A stretch of DNA of 64,000 nt from Eledone cirrhosa (GCA_964016885.1 OZ024741.1:343232001-343296000); one strand, 5' to 3'. Shown: positions 45,474-61,527, counted from the first letter of the stretch. Notes: generated by a model from the sequence alone, not told the origin. A program made the numbers and translations.

Positions 45474-46119
45474 GAAACACACAGATACATGCGGACACAC
45501 ACATATACATGAATGCATCCGCACCCAACCGTGAGTTAAGGGTGCCAACTTCACCGATGTTGCTCAATGAATGACTGGGACAGACCAATCCGGTTGAACT
45601 AGACTGAACCAGTATCAGAGTTAAAAATACATTATGAAGAGAGAAGAAACATTTAGATATAATTAGTAATAAAATGTATCATACCCAAACTGCTCCTAGA
45701 TTCCTCGACTACGTACTTTCGTGGCATAAACAAAAACAATACATCATAAAGATATAGAGTCCTTGCGAGGTCTGCCGACTTATCAAGAGGATACCTCATT
45801 TTACTAGTCTCAAGAACGCGTCTACACGACGTGAGAAAGAATCCCAAAAGGCGGAGGGGGAGATAGTCACGCGATATAACGGTCGAGAAACAGAGCTAAG
45901 CCTCTTATAACCCCGAAAAAATACCACGGAGGCGGAGGGGGTATTTATATCGAAGCCGTAGAAGAGGTGGTGAAGGAGGAGAGAAGTATGAGTAATGGAA
46001 GCTTTCCAGCAGTCCCCACACTTCAAAGATTGCTCGACCAGAGGGAGTTATTAACAATATATTTAGAAACACACAGATACATGCGGACACACACATATAC
46101 ATGAATGCATCCGCACCCA
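45468..46119 (-). mobile_element. Family A circularly permuted copy (~592 bp + ~57 bp redundancy), HHR at 45702-45791
   Basis: Starts and ends in ttagaaacacacagatacatgcggac..., a different register from 42736. Confidence 0.88.
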
Positions 46120-46142
46120 ATATATATATATATATATATATA

Positions 46143-46870
46143 TATAGATAATTTAATATATCAACTAACATAAGCGCACAGATGCACGCCCATGCCAGCA
46201 AATACACAGGTTATGTCATAGTACCTAGGTGGTTCAATGCAGGAGAATGCAGAACAATAATATAAAGGACGTAAAATAAGAAAATATATTTTAAAAAAAA
46301 TTTTAAAAAAAATTTTTTTTTTTACTTACTTAAATTTTCACTCCAACTAATTAGTTTCTGCAATGGGATAAAGACAGTTACGTAATCCAACTGTCGAGAA
46401 TTCATTGCGTCATCAGGGAGTCTATTCTCAGTTAAGTCTCCAGGCAATGCGCGGACACTGGCGGCTCATATAAAAATAATAATAATTCGGTAGATCGAAC
46501 AGCTTGCGAGGACTGGATTCTATGTGCCGAAATTCCCACTGCTTCAAGTCAAATGGCCGATTCTAAAGAATCAATCACGTGACACAGAGGCTAGTTAGAA
46601 GGAATGGGATGGTAAGATGACTGACGCCTACTAACACCCCAAAAAAATTTTTTTAGAAGTGGTTTTGACAAGTTTGCTCGACAAATCAGTGATTTGGAGA
46701 TAAATATAGATAATTTAATATATCAACTAACATAAGCGCACAGATGCACGCCCATGCCAGCAAATACACAGGTTATGTCATAGTACCTAGGTGGTTCAAT
46801 GCAGGAGAATGCAGAACAATAATATAAAGGACGTAAAATAAGAAAATATATTTAAAAAAAAAAAAAATTT
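46143..46870 (-). mobile_element. Family C: ~562 bp non-coding unit + ~150 bp terminal redundancy
   Basis: Direct repeat 46143-46300 / 46705-46862; HHR inside; (TA)n flanks. Confidence 0.82.
46340..46421 (-). ncRNA. Type-I hammerhead (family C)
   Basis: rc: actcc CTGATGA cgcaatg...cattgca GAAA ctaattag TT ggagt. Confidence 0.85.
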
Positions 46871-46875
46871 TAATA

Positions 46876-46906
<31 letters not shown>

Positions 46907-46910
46907 AATA

Positions 46911-47518
46911 TGGTGGCTGCCAGCTCGTTTTCGAGTACGGCCACTACTTTATATCCATGTAGGAAAACCCCTACCAATGCGCTGAATGAGTGTGACTTTT
47001 TAGTCCAGACAGCGACTTGAAAACTCTGGTACAAACACTACACTTGTGACAATTATTGACACATAGTGCAGGGCCCTTGGTACCATGTGACAAGTGCAGA
47101 AAGATCTCCAGATATAAAGTAATGCCTGTGCCGTGAAGGTTTTATAGTGAGTAAAGGCACTGCACAAAGCCAGTCCCACTCTCTTAACCAAGATGATATT
47201 TACCAAAAAGAAGAACAAGTCAACATTATTGGATACCATCAGGTTTGCAGGTGTTATATCAGAGTTTTCCTTCTCCTAGAATTCTGCCTTGACAAAGGCT
47301 AAGGGGTCATCTCTCCCGGTGATTTTGGATGGCCATTGACTCTTAAGAGCTCCTTTGCCCTTTGACAGGTTTTGTTTTTAGTCCTCCAGGATGTTCAAAA
47401 TCACCCTCCTCATCAAGAAACCTTGGTGGGGTTGCCAGTTTAGTCGCCAACGACCCGACCATGAGACAGGTTGTACTGGGATACATGTTACCAGTAGCAC
47501 CAACTGGTGACCTGACCA
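46911..47518 (-). mobile_element. Short non-autonomous RTE derivative
   Basis: 46911-46945 resembles the RTE 3' end at 56362-56395; RTE-like 5' UTR (gagttttccttctcctaga...). Confidence 0.55.
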
Positions 47519-48149
47519 TATATAATATACATATATACATATATACAGCTCGTTTGGAATACGATTTTATGATTTGTTTGCTGTCTGTTTTGTTGCATTC
47601 AAATGTATTTTATAAAGTTTTATGGCGTTTTCGTCGTCAGCTTTGTATTAATTGTCTACTAGTTGAATGTTAAACTCATGCCACATCAATCACATATTTA
47701 TGATGTCTGAATGTAGTTTGTGTTTTTATCATATGAATGTATCGTGGGTTGTGCGTTTATTTTAGCATTGTATTATGATATAAGTACTACCTCTGTAATT
47801 AATCATCTATTTCTTGTTAGGAAATCTGCATAATACTAATGCCTTGTTTGTTAGTATTTTCCTATCAAGCATTGTTTTATAGTGCGTGGCGTCGATATAT
47901 ACATAGATATTTAATGGATCAGTCTTACGGGGCAATGTCTGTGTCTTTCTCCCAGACTTCGTCTACAAATGTCAAAAGACGAGGGATTTCTTACTTATGC
48001 ATGTTTGTAATTAAGTGGCGTCTAGATGGAAAGAAAAAAGGGAAGACAAAATCAGATACAAAAGTTGAACATTTTAGGAAGGAGGAAAGACTAGAATAAG
48101 AATCAATTCATCGAACAATAATCATATATATAGGATAAAGGATAAAGAT

Positions 48150-49678
48150 CCCATAAGTCTTTGTGGAGTCGTAGCAGCACTGTCATACGGTGTGTCTAGG
48201 GCACTTTTAAATCTGGTGGATCCCAACCCTCTCCGTGTCTGAACACAGCCGACTTTTCTCTATAGAAAAATAGTTGACACCAGTACTGGACTGGTACTTT
48301 TTTTTATGGACCTCGAAAAGATGAAAAGCAAAGTTGACCTCGACGGGATTTGAACTGAAAGTGCGCAATATGGTGGGACGGATGCCATAAAGCATTCTAT
48401 CCGACATCTTAACGACTCTGCCAATTAGTCGCCTAAATATCTAAATATTTACGTGTATTTATCTATGGATCCACTAGTCTAGGGTATTTTAAGCCTGGAT
48501 TGTCCATCTACTCTCAGTGTCTGAACGAAGCCGATTTCTTCCAGAGAAGGAGAGATAATAGTAGAAAGGAACTGAGAAAGAGATATACTCGACACTAGTA
48601 CTAGAGTGGTACACTTTTATCGACCTCCGCGGGATTTGAACCCAGGCGGCCGTAATGAATACCACAAATCGTCCTATTTGACATTCCAACGACTTTGCCA
48701 ATTCGCCACTGAAATAAAAAATCATCAAAAACAATAAAAAAAATAGAAGTCTCTAAATTTAGAACTGACCTTAATCATATAATTCCTGAATCATACTATA
48801 CCACACACACACACACAAACACACCCACACCCACACACCCACACCCACACCCACACACACACACACATACACACGCAAATACTCCCCACATACGCACACA
48901 CAAACATAACCCTCCTCCCGCACACGCACAGATACCCCCCCACACATGCACATACACACACATATATATATACCCTCCCCCACCCTACCCCCACGCACAT
49001 ACACCCCCTACACACACAAGCACACACGTATCGATGATAACTTATTTTTGTCGTCTGGATATATGTCTTATTTTTTTTTATATTTCTGTATCCTATTTTA
49101 TATTTATTTAAGTTTTGCCATCTAGGATTTGAAGATAAGAACAATCATAATTACCTTCCATTCAGCGTCACGTTATTTTCAATAAACCTAATTTAATCTT
49201 TAACTATTTCTTCCCATTTATGGTCATACCACCTGAAATAGAACCACATCGCAACAACTTCCAATACAAACGATAGTTTTCAGCCAATAGATACCTAAAT
49301 CCCACGATGTCATTTCACTTTTTATTTATCATTTATTTTATTTTTTCACTCATTTATTTAATGTGTGTATGGTATGGTATGGACCCGTAACTCCTGATAG
49401 AGTCGTAGAGGTACTGTACAGACATACGGCGTTTTGGGGGGATTTTTAGGCCTGGCGGAGCCCATCCTTCTCCAGGCCTGAGTACAGCAAATTTCTTCCA
49501 GAGAGAGGAAGAATCGATCCCATCTCAGTACTAGACTGGTGCCTTTTTTATCGACCTCGAAAGGATGAAAGGCAAAGTTGACTTGGTGGGATTTGAACTC
49601 AGAGAGCAGAGAGCCGGAGAGAATATTATAAAGCATTCTATCCGACGTTCTAACGACTCTGCCAATTTGCCGCCTATA

Positions 49679-49711
<33 letters not shown>

Positions 49712-50640
49712 TGTATGTATGTATGTATGTATGTATGTACTTCTGGTTTTATAATTTCACAAAGTTTTGCCAATAGAGAGAGAGAGTCGGTTTCTAACAT
49801 AGACACAAGACTCTCTCATTGGCATTTACACAACATCGTCTAGGTAGATTATGTATGCATGCATGCATGTGTAGATATGGATGTTATTGTATGTGTGGAT
49901 GTGTATGTTTTGAGTTGTATGTGTGCATGTGTATATGCTTTGCATCTGTACATGTGTATATGCAGTTTTAGATGCAAAATTTCTGGAATGTTTTACATAT
50001 TTTTACTGTTACATTAATGGATTGTACTTGTATGTATGTATGTATTTATGTATGTATGTATGTACCCATAATTCCTTATGGAGTCGTAGGTGCCACACAG
50101 TGATGTACAGTATTTCTTAGGAATTTTTTTTCATCTTGCCGAGGCCATCTCTTCTCCACTTCTGAACACAGCCAAATTTTACCAAACAAGGAGAAGGAAT
50201 GTTTGAGAGGCAGTTAGAACAAGATATAGAGGAAAAATAAATCCTGGACTGGTACCATTTATATTGACCTCAAAAGGATGAAATGTAAAGTTGACCTCGG
50301 CAAGAGCGCGGAGTCGGAACATATACCACAAAACATTCTATTCAACGTTCTAACGACTCTGCCAATAAGCCACTATATTTGTTTAATACATATTCATAAA
50401 GCATCCGGCACAATCCTTTTCAGTAAACAAAGTCAGCCCGGTGTTGAACAATTTGATCAATTAGAAAGTTAAGAAATTTAAATAATAAATAATGAATAAT
50501 GCTCTCATTCGTTTTTCTTTTTGTCGTGTTCTATATAGTCCTGGAGATGAGATGGACACAGCCAGGTTTAAAAATACCCTAGAAATGCCATATGTCAATA
50601 CGACAACCCCTACGACACCAGAAAAAGTTACGGGTTTATG
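48150..50640. mobile_element. Several degenerate composite SINE copies
   Basis: SINE heads at ~48280-48435, 48590-48710, 49525-49675, 50245-50370 joined to a shared ggagtcgtag...gagcccatc tail also seen at 1535-1680. Confidence 0.65.
49739..50030 (-). mobile_element. 3' remnant of the (ATAC)n-associated R4/Dong family
   Basis: rc matches 61157-61450; (TATG)n on both flanks. Confidence 0.88.
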
Positions 50641-51075
50641 CATACATACATATAGTATAGTATGTAACATTTAATGTATGTATATGTACGAGGATGTAAA
50701 TCTCAGGTTAAAATTTTGAAATCATGCAACTTAAGCACAACTCACAAATTCAACCACCAGACAAATATATATAACTAAGAAATCATAATTTGACAACCTC
50801 GGACGAATTCCTATAGAAGGAAACGGGGGTTAATCGTGTAAAGGTCTTTGATTTTATTAATAAAGATATATAGTCTCCATTTCATGTATTGAGTACTACG
50901 CACACATACATACACACACACACACACAGACACACTCACACATTCGCACACATATGTATATACACATATAAATATATATATAAGCATACATATTTACAGA
51001 ATATGGTGCAGTTACAAAATTCCATATGTAGGTATGTATGTGCGATATAATAAATATATATATATATGTGTGTGT

Positions 51076-51130
<55 letters not shown>

Positions 51131-51538
51131 AATTTATAGATAGATATAGATGTAGATAGATAAGACGGCACTCCTATACGTATCTACATAAATATATATG
51201 CATACGTAATGTATATATTCAATCATCATTCATATTTATAAATATATATACACGTGTTGTATACATACATATATAGACATATATTAATATAATTGAACGC
51301 ATCGATATATGTATATTAATACATATTCATGAGTGACTACTCTCCCAAACATTTAAGCATTTACAATCAAATACACACAGACACACATATATATATATGT
51401 ATGCAAAAGGTAAACAGAAATAACAAAACAAACGACATATATCACATACATATATACTTATATATATATATATATATGAGCGTGAAGCTAATAAACATTT
51501 GTCGTACTGCCTCTCTGTTCTGTCCCTGTTCAATTTTT

Positions 51539-51616
<78 letters not shown>

Positions 51617-51637
51617 TTATATATACATACATATACT

Positions 51638-51688
<51 letters not shown>

Positions 51689-52499
51689 TGTCTGGACATG
51701 TTAGACAATCTTTCGTCTCGCATCACTAGAATATGCAAGTAGAGACTTTAATTGACTTGTTGTCAGAACATCAGTGCTTCTGATTGGTTATACTATCTAT
51801 TGATCTGATTACATTGACAAAACCGACTGTGTGGCATCAAGGTTTACAGTACGTATTGTACATTATAAATAAGGTTATTCAATATGACAGGGAATAGTTT
51901 GCACAACAGTCGTTGTGTCTACACATGTAGGAATATAAATACACAAACACACAGAATATAGACACAGTCACACACTCGCACAAACACACCCACTCATTCA
52001 CTCACACTACTATACAAACACATGCTTACACATATTCAAACATATATGTAGGAGGACGAGTCATTAATCATTCTCAAAGCACTTGTAATTAGATTGTACA
52101 TTTGAGTAGAAATTAGTAGCGCGAGCAACACTGTACATATGTGGTTTCCCTCTAGTTAGTAGGGTGCAGAATTGAACTTGAAACTTCAAATTAGTTGTGG
52201 CTGTTATTACAGTAACTACTACCGTACTTCTTGTTATTAAAGGTAGAACTCAGTCAAACGTTTACTGTATGGTGGTGTATCAGGGATCGAATTCTAGTAA
52301 AGATATTTAGCACAGCATAGGAATGGCATTTTGTCATTCTGGTTTGTTTACAAATTGACTGAAAATGTTTTTCAAATGGACATACAAACGGTAAGCATCA
52401 AGGAACAGAACGTTCGACTAATTCTTTTGAGGATTACAGTATCAAACGAATCTTTAACAGGATTCTGTTGAAAAGATGGCTGACTATGGATGAAGAGCC

Positions 52500-52740
52500 A
52501 AATATGCAAATTTTCATGATTCCGTCGAGGCCTTGGGTTTAGTGATATTTTTGCAGGCCTACTTGGGCCCCTTACAGTCGAGTTCCTCTGCAAGATTGGA
52601 AAGTAGGCGGCCCGTCTGAGGAAGGAAACCCGCGAGGTGGCGTGGCTGTTGCAGAAGGTGTCGATGGCCATTGTCAGCAGGAATGCTTTTGTAGTCTTGT
52701 ACGTGGGGCACTGCCCCTCTACCGCCAAGCCCTAGGCCCA
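52500..52740 (+). mobile_element. CRE-like retrotransposon 3' remnant
   Basis: LGPLTVEFLCKIGK*AARLRKETREVAWLLQKVSMAIVSRNA. Confidence 0.6.
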
Positions 52741-53233
52741 GAACCCAAGGATCCTCCCCTTCCCCCGCACCATTCTTCTGTGGCATTCCCTCCTCTTTCC
52801 GTTTTTTTCTTTTTCTCTCTTTTCTCTATATCTGCCTATTTTATATTCCATTCTTCTCAATCTAAATTTTCTTTTTTTCTTTTTCTATTAAACTATTTAC
52901 ATGATATATTCCACAAATAAAATTAACTACCTATTTTGAAAGATGAGTCTAAACAAAAACAATCAGAATGAGAAATCTGGCACTCACTTTTGGATTACTA
53001 TTATAATGAAAGGACACCTGATAATAAAATCATTGTTGGTAATGTAACATAGGTATACCATTATAGGTAGAATAATTGTGGATATTTTCTTTCGATCAAT
53101 CCCACACGAGAACTAGCTGCTGAAACAGGAAGAGCTCAGCCGTCGGATTCCGATTCTTTATAATATAACCATATTCTACTAGCACAAGTACTATGTTAAG
53201 TAAATCCATCCTAATATATGTATGTATATATAT

Positions 53234-55571
<2,338 letters not shown>

Positions 55572-55796
55572 TATATATATATATATATATATAAAAGTAC
55601 AGCATATTTGAAGTTCGAGTAGCAGCTAAGCCAACGAATGCCTTCAGCAGTGCAGCCAAGCACTCGACAAGGTATATACCTCCAAGTAATAACATACAGT
55701 TTAAAGGGCTTTGCAAATTGAAAATAGCGACCGCTAATTCAGCTGCGGGATCTGTAGCAACGAAAGGACTGACTAGTGAGAAAATAATACACACAC

Positions 55797-55911
<115 letters not shown>

Positions 55912-56004
55912 CATACATACATGCACATATCTGTATATATACATATATATATATATATGTATATATATGTATATATATATACATACATACATATATATAT
56001 GTAT

Positions 56005-56340
56005 GTAAAAGATAAACAGAAATAACAACACAATCGATACAGTATATGGAAGGTATATATTAGGTTAACGCTTGATATAGCAGGAAGAGGATCTTAACGT
56101 TTCGGACGCTAGTCCTTCACCAGAAGGTACCCTAGTACCTTAAATATGCCCACTCTCAAATCTGTTCTCTAATTCCAACCCGCCCGTCCCCTCAATTTAT
56201 CTTATTTCTCATTCTTTCTTCTGATGAAGGGCTAGCGTCCGAAACGTTAAGACCCTCTTCCTGTTATATCAAGCGTTAACTCAATATATCCCTTCCATAT
56301 ACTGTATCGATTGTGTTGTTATTTCTGTTTATCTTTTACA
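56005..56340. mobile_element. Head-to-head HHR element pair
   Basis: Arms 56005-56126 and 56218-56340, diverged. Confidence 0.85.
56217..56252 (+). ncRNA. Minimal type-I hammerhead (mirror copy 56092-56126 with CTGGTGA)
   Basis: tctt CTGATGA agggctagcgtcc GAAACGTT aaga. Confidence 0.82.
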
Positions 56341-56344
56341 CACA

Positions 56345-56428
56345 TACATACATACATACATGATGGCTGCCCCCTCGTTATCGAGTATGGCCATTGCACA
56401 ATAAAAAAAAAAAAAAAAAAAAAAAAAA

Positions 56429-56483
<55 letters not shown>

Positions 56484-56559
56484 GCAATAATAATAATAAC
56501 GACAACAATAATAATATACATATTCATATATATATACACACACACGCACGCACATAAGC

Positions 56560-56599
<40 letters not shown>

Positions 56600-58570
56600 G
56601 ATAGCAACTAACAGTGCTGCGATCGAATGTGGCTTTTTAGCCCAGCCAATGATCCAAAATGTCTTGCACAGAGTCGGCAACCAAAACATTTACTGGGAAT
56701 AGTCGGCTGTGGTTGGAGTTCGTGTACTTTTGCATGTCGCTTGAGTCCTCCTGCTGATTTACATTCTCTACCACATGTTTGGCAAGCATGATGAGTAGCA
56801 TCTCCAACAGCAGCCTGGTAGTCAACCACTGGTCTTACTTTATGACTGCGAAGATGACTTTCGAGTCCAGCTTTGCTTAGGCAGAGTCTCGCACAGACGC
56901 TGCATGTCAGAAACATAGGAGGACCCTCGCCGTCTGGAAGTGCAACAGCAATACCCTTCCTCACGTCCCGCTTTACTTTCTCGTGTGCGATTCGAGATGC
57001 CTCAAAGGCAACTTTTCCCTCATATACAGTCTTTCTCCATTTATTACGATCAGCAGCAATATTTTCCCATGTATCAGCAGAGATGTTAGCGTCTTTCAGA
57101 GAGGCCTTCAAGGAATCCTTATACCTCTTTTTTGGTTTATGTGGCGGTCGTTTTCCTTTAACCAACTCTCCATAGAAGAGTTGTTTTGGTATTCTAGAAT
57201 CCTTCATCCTGGCAAGGTGACCACTCCAACGGAGTCGCTGCTTAAGCACAAGAGCTTCTATACTGTCACACATAGAGCTTTCCAAAATCTCGACATCACT
57301 GATGTGGTCCCTCCAGCGAACGCCATGTATCCGTCTGAGACACATCTGATGGAAACGCTCCAATTGCTTAAGGTGGCGTCGATATGTGACCCAGGTCTCG
57401 CAGGCATAAAGAAGACAAGAGAGTACACATGCCCTGTACACCTTTACCTTTGTCCTCCTGCATATGTCTCGCCGACCCCAGAGTCGCCTTTCTAGCTTTC
57501 CGAAAGCATCACTTGCTTTCCTAATCCTAAGTGAGATTTCACTGTCAAGGTTGCCATATCGATTGACAGTGCTTCCCAGGTAGACAAACTGATCAACCAC
57601 TCCAAGTCGTTTGCCATACACATAGATGTTTGGTTCAGTGTACTGCCTACCAGGTGCAGGTTGGTACATGACGACGGTTTTCTTGAGACTGACAGTCAAA
57701 CCCAGGGCAGTGCAAGCGTCAGAAAATACATTCAAAATGTGCTGCATATCACTCTCTGTGTGCGCTACAAGATCGCAATCATCTGCATACAAGAGGTCTC
57801 TTATGACTGATGTAAATACTTTTGTCTTCGCAGCAAAGCGCCTGATGTTAAATATGCTGCCTGAGGTTCGATATCGGATGTAAACACCATGCTCGCAATT
57901 CCTGAATGCAATACAGAAAACCATTGCAAAGTATATGGCAAACAGGGTCGGTGCTGGAATATCCCCCTGTTTCACTCCATTTTTTACTGAGATAGGCTCC
58001 GACATGTTACCTCCGACATTAACCCAAGCCTTCATGTCGTCATGGAAAGACCTAACTAAAGCAAGGAACTTATCAGGGCAACCAAGTTTCTGGAGAACCT
58101 TCCATAATGCATCTCTGTTGACAGTATCGAAAGCCTTTGTCAGATCGACAAAAACCTGATACAGATCCAAGCCCTGTTCAATGCACTTCTCCTGGAGCTG
58201 TCTAGCTGAGAAGATCATATCGGTAGTGCCGCGTCCAACACGAAAACCAGATTGACTTTCAGGAAGGACACAATCTGCAATGTGTGTCAGCAGACGGTCC
58301 AGAAGCACCCTACATAAAACTTTCCCCACGACAGAAAGCAATGATATACCTCTGTAGTTCCCACAATCATTCCTGTTACCCTTTCCCTTGTACAAGACCA
58401 CCATTACTGCATCTCTCCAGTCCTCAGGCACGGATTCATTAGCCCATATCCTTCCAAACAGAGAGTGAAGATGTTGCAGGAGTCTCTCACCACCATATTG
58501 TAGGAGCTCAGCATGTATGCCATCCATACCTGGAGATCTTCCACTGTTCAGCTTCGAAATAGCCACTGCA
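56345..58570 (-). mobile_element. RTE-clade LINE, 5'-truncated
   Basis: RT frame plus 3' UTR interrupted by microsatellites; (ATAC)n at both ends. Confidence 0.88.
56608..58570 (-). CDS. RTE reverse transcriptase with three C-terminal C2H2 zinc fingers (open frame, no native start or APE)
   Basis: SPGMDGI, NYRGISLLS, DLTKAFDTV, GVKQG, LYADD, RLRWSGH; CxxC...HxxxH x3. Confidence 0.88.
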
Positions 58571-58650
58571 ACATACATACATACATACATACATACATAC
58601 ATACATACATACATACATACATACATACATACATACATACATACATACAT

Positions 58651-61450
58651 AGCGAAAAACGCCGATACCTGAAGAAGGTACATGAGAGAAAAGTGCTTAA
58701 TAAAAGATTCAGACGAAACCAAACATCAGTCTATAGAGATATGAAGGGCAAAATAATAAGTGTCACTGAGGAGCTATCCCAGAAAGACAGATTCCTTTTG
58801 GAGCAAAATCTGGGGTGAAAAGAAGAATTTCAACCAAGTTGCAGTGTGGCTAAGAGAAATCCGAAAGAATTATTGCTCCTACACTACAAGAAAAACTTAC
58901 GAAATAAGTGAGGGTACTCTTGAGACTATGATAGGAAAACTCCAAGATAAGAAAACACCACGAAGATACATGATTGTCGGCTACTGGTACAAAAAACTGA
59001 TATTCTATCGGAGGTGTCTTACTTACCTCTACCAACAAGTTCTTAAGGGAGATACACTTATACCAGAATGGTTGACATTAGCACATACATTACTGGTCCC
59101 CAAGAACAAAGACACCCACTTGGCAAAAAACTACCGACCCATTGCATGCCAGAACCTAATGTATAAGATGTATACAGCCTGCCTGAACCTGTTCTTCCAA
59201 GATCACTGTGAAAATGATAACATCATCACAGATGAACAAGCAGCTGGAAAGAAAGGGGTTTGGAGATGTATTGAACAACTCCTAATCAACAAAACTGCGA
59301 TGTCGGAGGTGCGACAACTTAGGAGGAATATGGCTACAGTCTGGCTGAACTACAGGAAAGCTTTCTATTCTGTTCCCCACTCTTGGATGATAGCGGCCCT
59401 CCAACTTGCTAAAGTCCCCAGACATTATTGTCAGAGCCATAGAGAGGCTGTCTTCTTCTTGGGCTACTATCCTAAGGTTAAAGACAGAGAGGGAGGACTC
59501 TATTTTCACTGATAAAATAAAATATTGCAGGGGTATATTTCAGGGGGACAGTCTCTCTTTGATATTATTCATCTTGTCATTAAATCCCTTGTACTTTCTG
59601 CTCAAGAAATGTGAGGGATACATCATTGGCTCACAAGAGGACAGAAATACGAACCAAACCCATAATTTCTTTGTGGACGACCTGAAACTCTATGCCAAGA
59701 ACATGGATGGTTGGAAGAAAAATCTTGACCTGGTTACAACGTTCTCAAAGGATATGGGAATGGAGTTTGGCCAAGATAAATGCTTTATACATGACTGTAA
59801 AGCGGGGAAAAGCAACAACCCAATCTATCAACATTGTCATCAATGGCCTAACTGTTTCACCGACATCTGATGAGGACTGCTACAGATACCTGGGGATAGA
59901 AGAGAACATATCCTATAATGGTATCTGTAATAAAGAACGCGTAACCAGGGAATACTACACCCGATTAAGAAAGATCTGGTCATCGGAACTCTCTGCGCAA
60001 AACAAAACAGTGGCTCACAATGTGTTTGCTGTGCCTGTCCTAACACCAACGCTTGGAATACTCAATTGGATGATAGACGAAATCCGAGCAGTTGATGTTG
60101 GAACTCGAAAAATACAAACAACACCGGAAACTTCCACATCAACAGTGACATAGAGCGCCTTTACTTGAAACGTAAGCAAGGAGGCAGAGACCTAACATCA
60201 GTCCAGACAACATTTGAATGTCGCATCATATCTCTACGACAACATCTACGAACCGCGAAGCGTAGGAGACCGCAAGTCTATCTGCACGAAACAGATAAGA
60301 TCATGAGAGTTGGGAAGGAACTCTTCGAGAGATGTTCCCTGTGTGATAATCAAAAACTCACACCCAGGGATGTCGCTCAGCAGTATCGCAGTGAATCCAT
60401 GGATGAAAAACTGCATACTTATCAGCAAAAAATCATGCATGGATATGTTGCCAGGAAGCTCCAGAGTGAGAGTAATATAGATAAGGAAAGTAGTCTATCT
60501 TGGACTAACAACCGCTATTTTGGCTCCCACTTTGAAGGATACGCTTTTGCAATCCAAGAACAGGAGATTAACACGAAATACCTGATTCACAAAAGAGATA
60601 GGGATGCAGGCAAAACACCTAGATGTGATAACAAGTGCAGAACTAACATCGAGGATATCACCCATGTCATCGGCAACTGTCCAAAGATGTCATCGCGGTA
60701 CTATCTACCTATGAGGCATTATGTAGTGGCCAAAACACTGTACAATGCAGTTCGTAAAAAAGATAGCCCCGATAATTAACACATTAAAAGCTACAGTAAT
60801 GTGGAAGACATCCATGTACATAATATGAAAGAGTACTGGTGGAATGTTCCAGTAAAAACCCCAATGAAATGCAGGCATAACAGACCAGATATTATGATAT
60901 GGGACAGGGAGAATAAAGCATGCACAGTAGTGGAAATAAGCTGCCCAGCAGATGCCAATATAATATCAAAGATTAGTGAAAAGGAGAATATTTATGCAGA
61001 ACTGATGAGAAATCTGCAGATACTCCACCCTGATTACACCTTCAAATTTATGCCTGTGATTATTGGGACACTGGGGTATGTTAGTATCTGCCCCAATACA
61101 AATCTTGAGAAGCTAGGCTTCACAGGAACAGGAAGAACACAACTAGTTAGGAAATTACAAGTACAATCCATTAATGGAACAGTAAAAATATGTAAAACAT
61201 TCCAAATATTTTGCATCTAATAACTGCATATACACATGTACAGATGTAAAGCATATACACATGCACACATACATTTCAAAACATCCACATGCACACATAC
61301 AATAACATCCATATCTACACATACATGCATACATACATATCTACCTAGTTGATGTTGTGTAACTTCCAGTGAGAGAGTCTTGTGTCTATGTTAGAAACCC
61401 ACTCTCTTTCTATTGGTAAAACTTTGTGAAATTATCAAACCTGAAGAACA
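58651..61450 (+). mobile_element. R4/Dong-clade RLE retrotransposon (family 3), 5'-truncated, frameshifted
   Basis: NYRPIAC, GIFQGDSLS, FVDDLKL, EDITHVIGNC, MRH, HNRPDI; (ATAC)n at both ends. Confidence 0.88.
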
Positions 61451-61451
61451 T

Positions 61452-61527
<76 letters not shown>

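Noticed and set aside
58571-58722. N-terminal extension of the 704 aa ORF
   Set aside because: Read-through across (ATAC)n into the antisense of the neighbouring element
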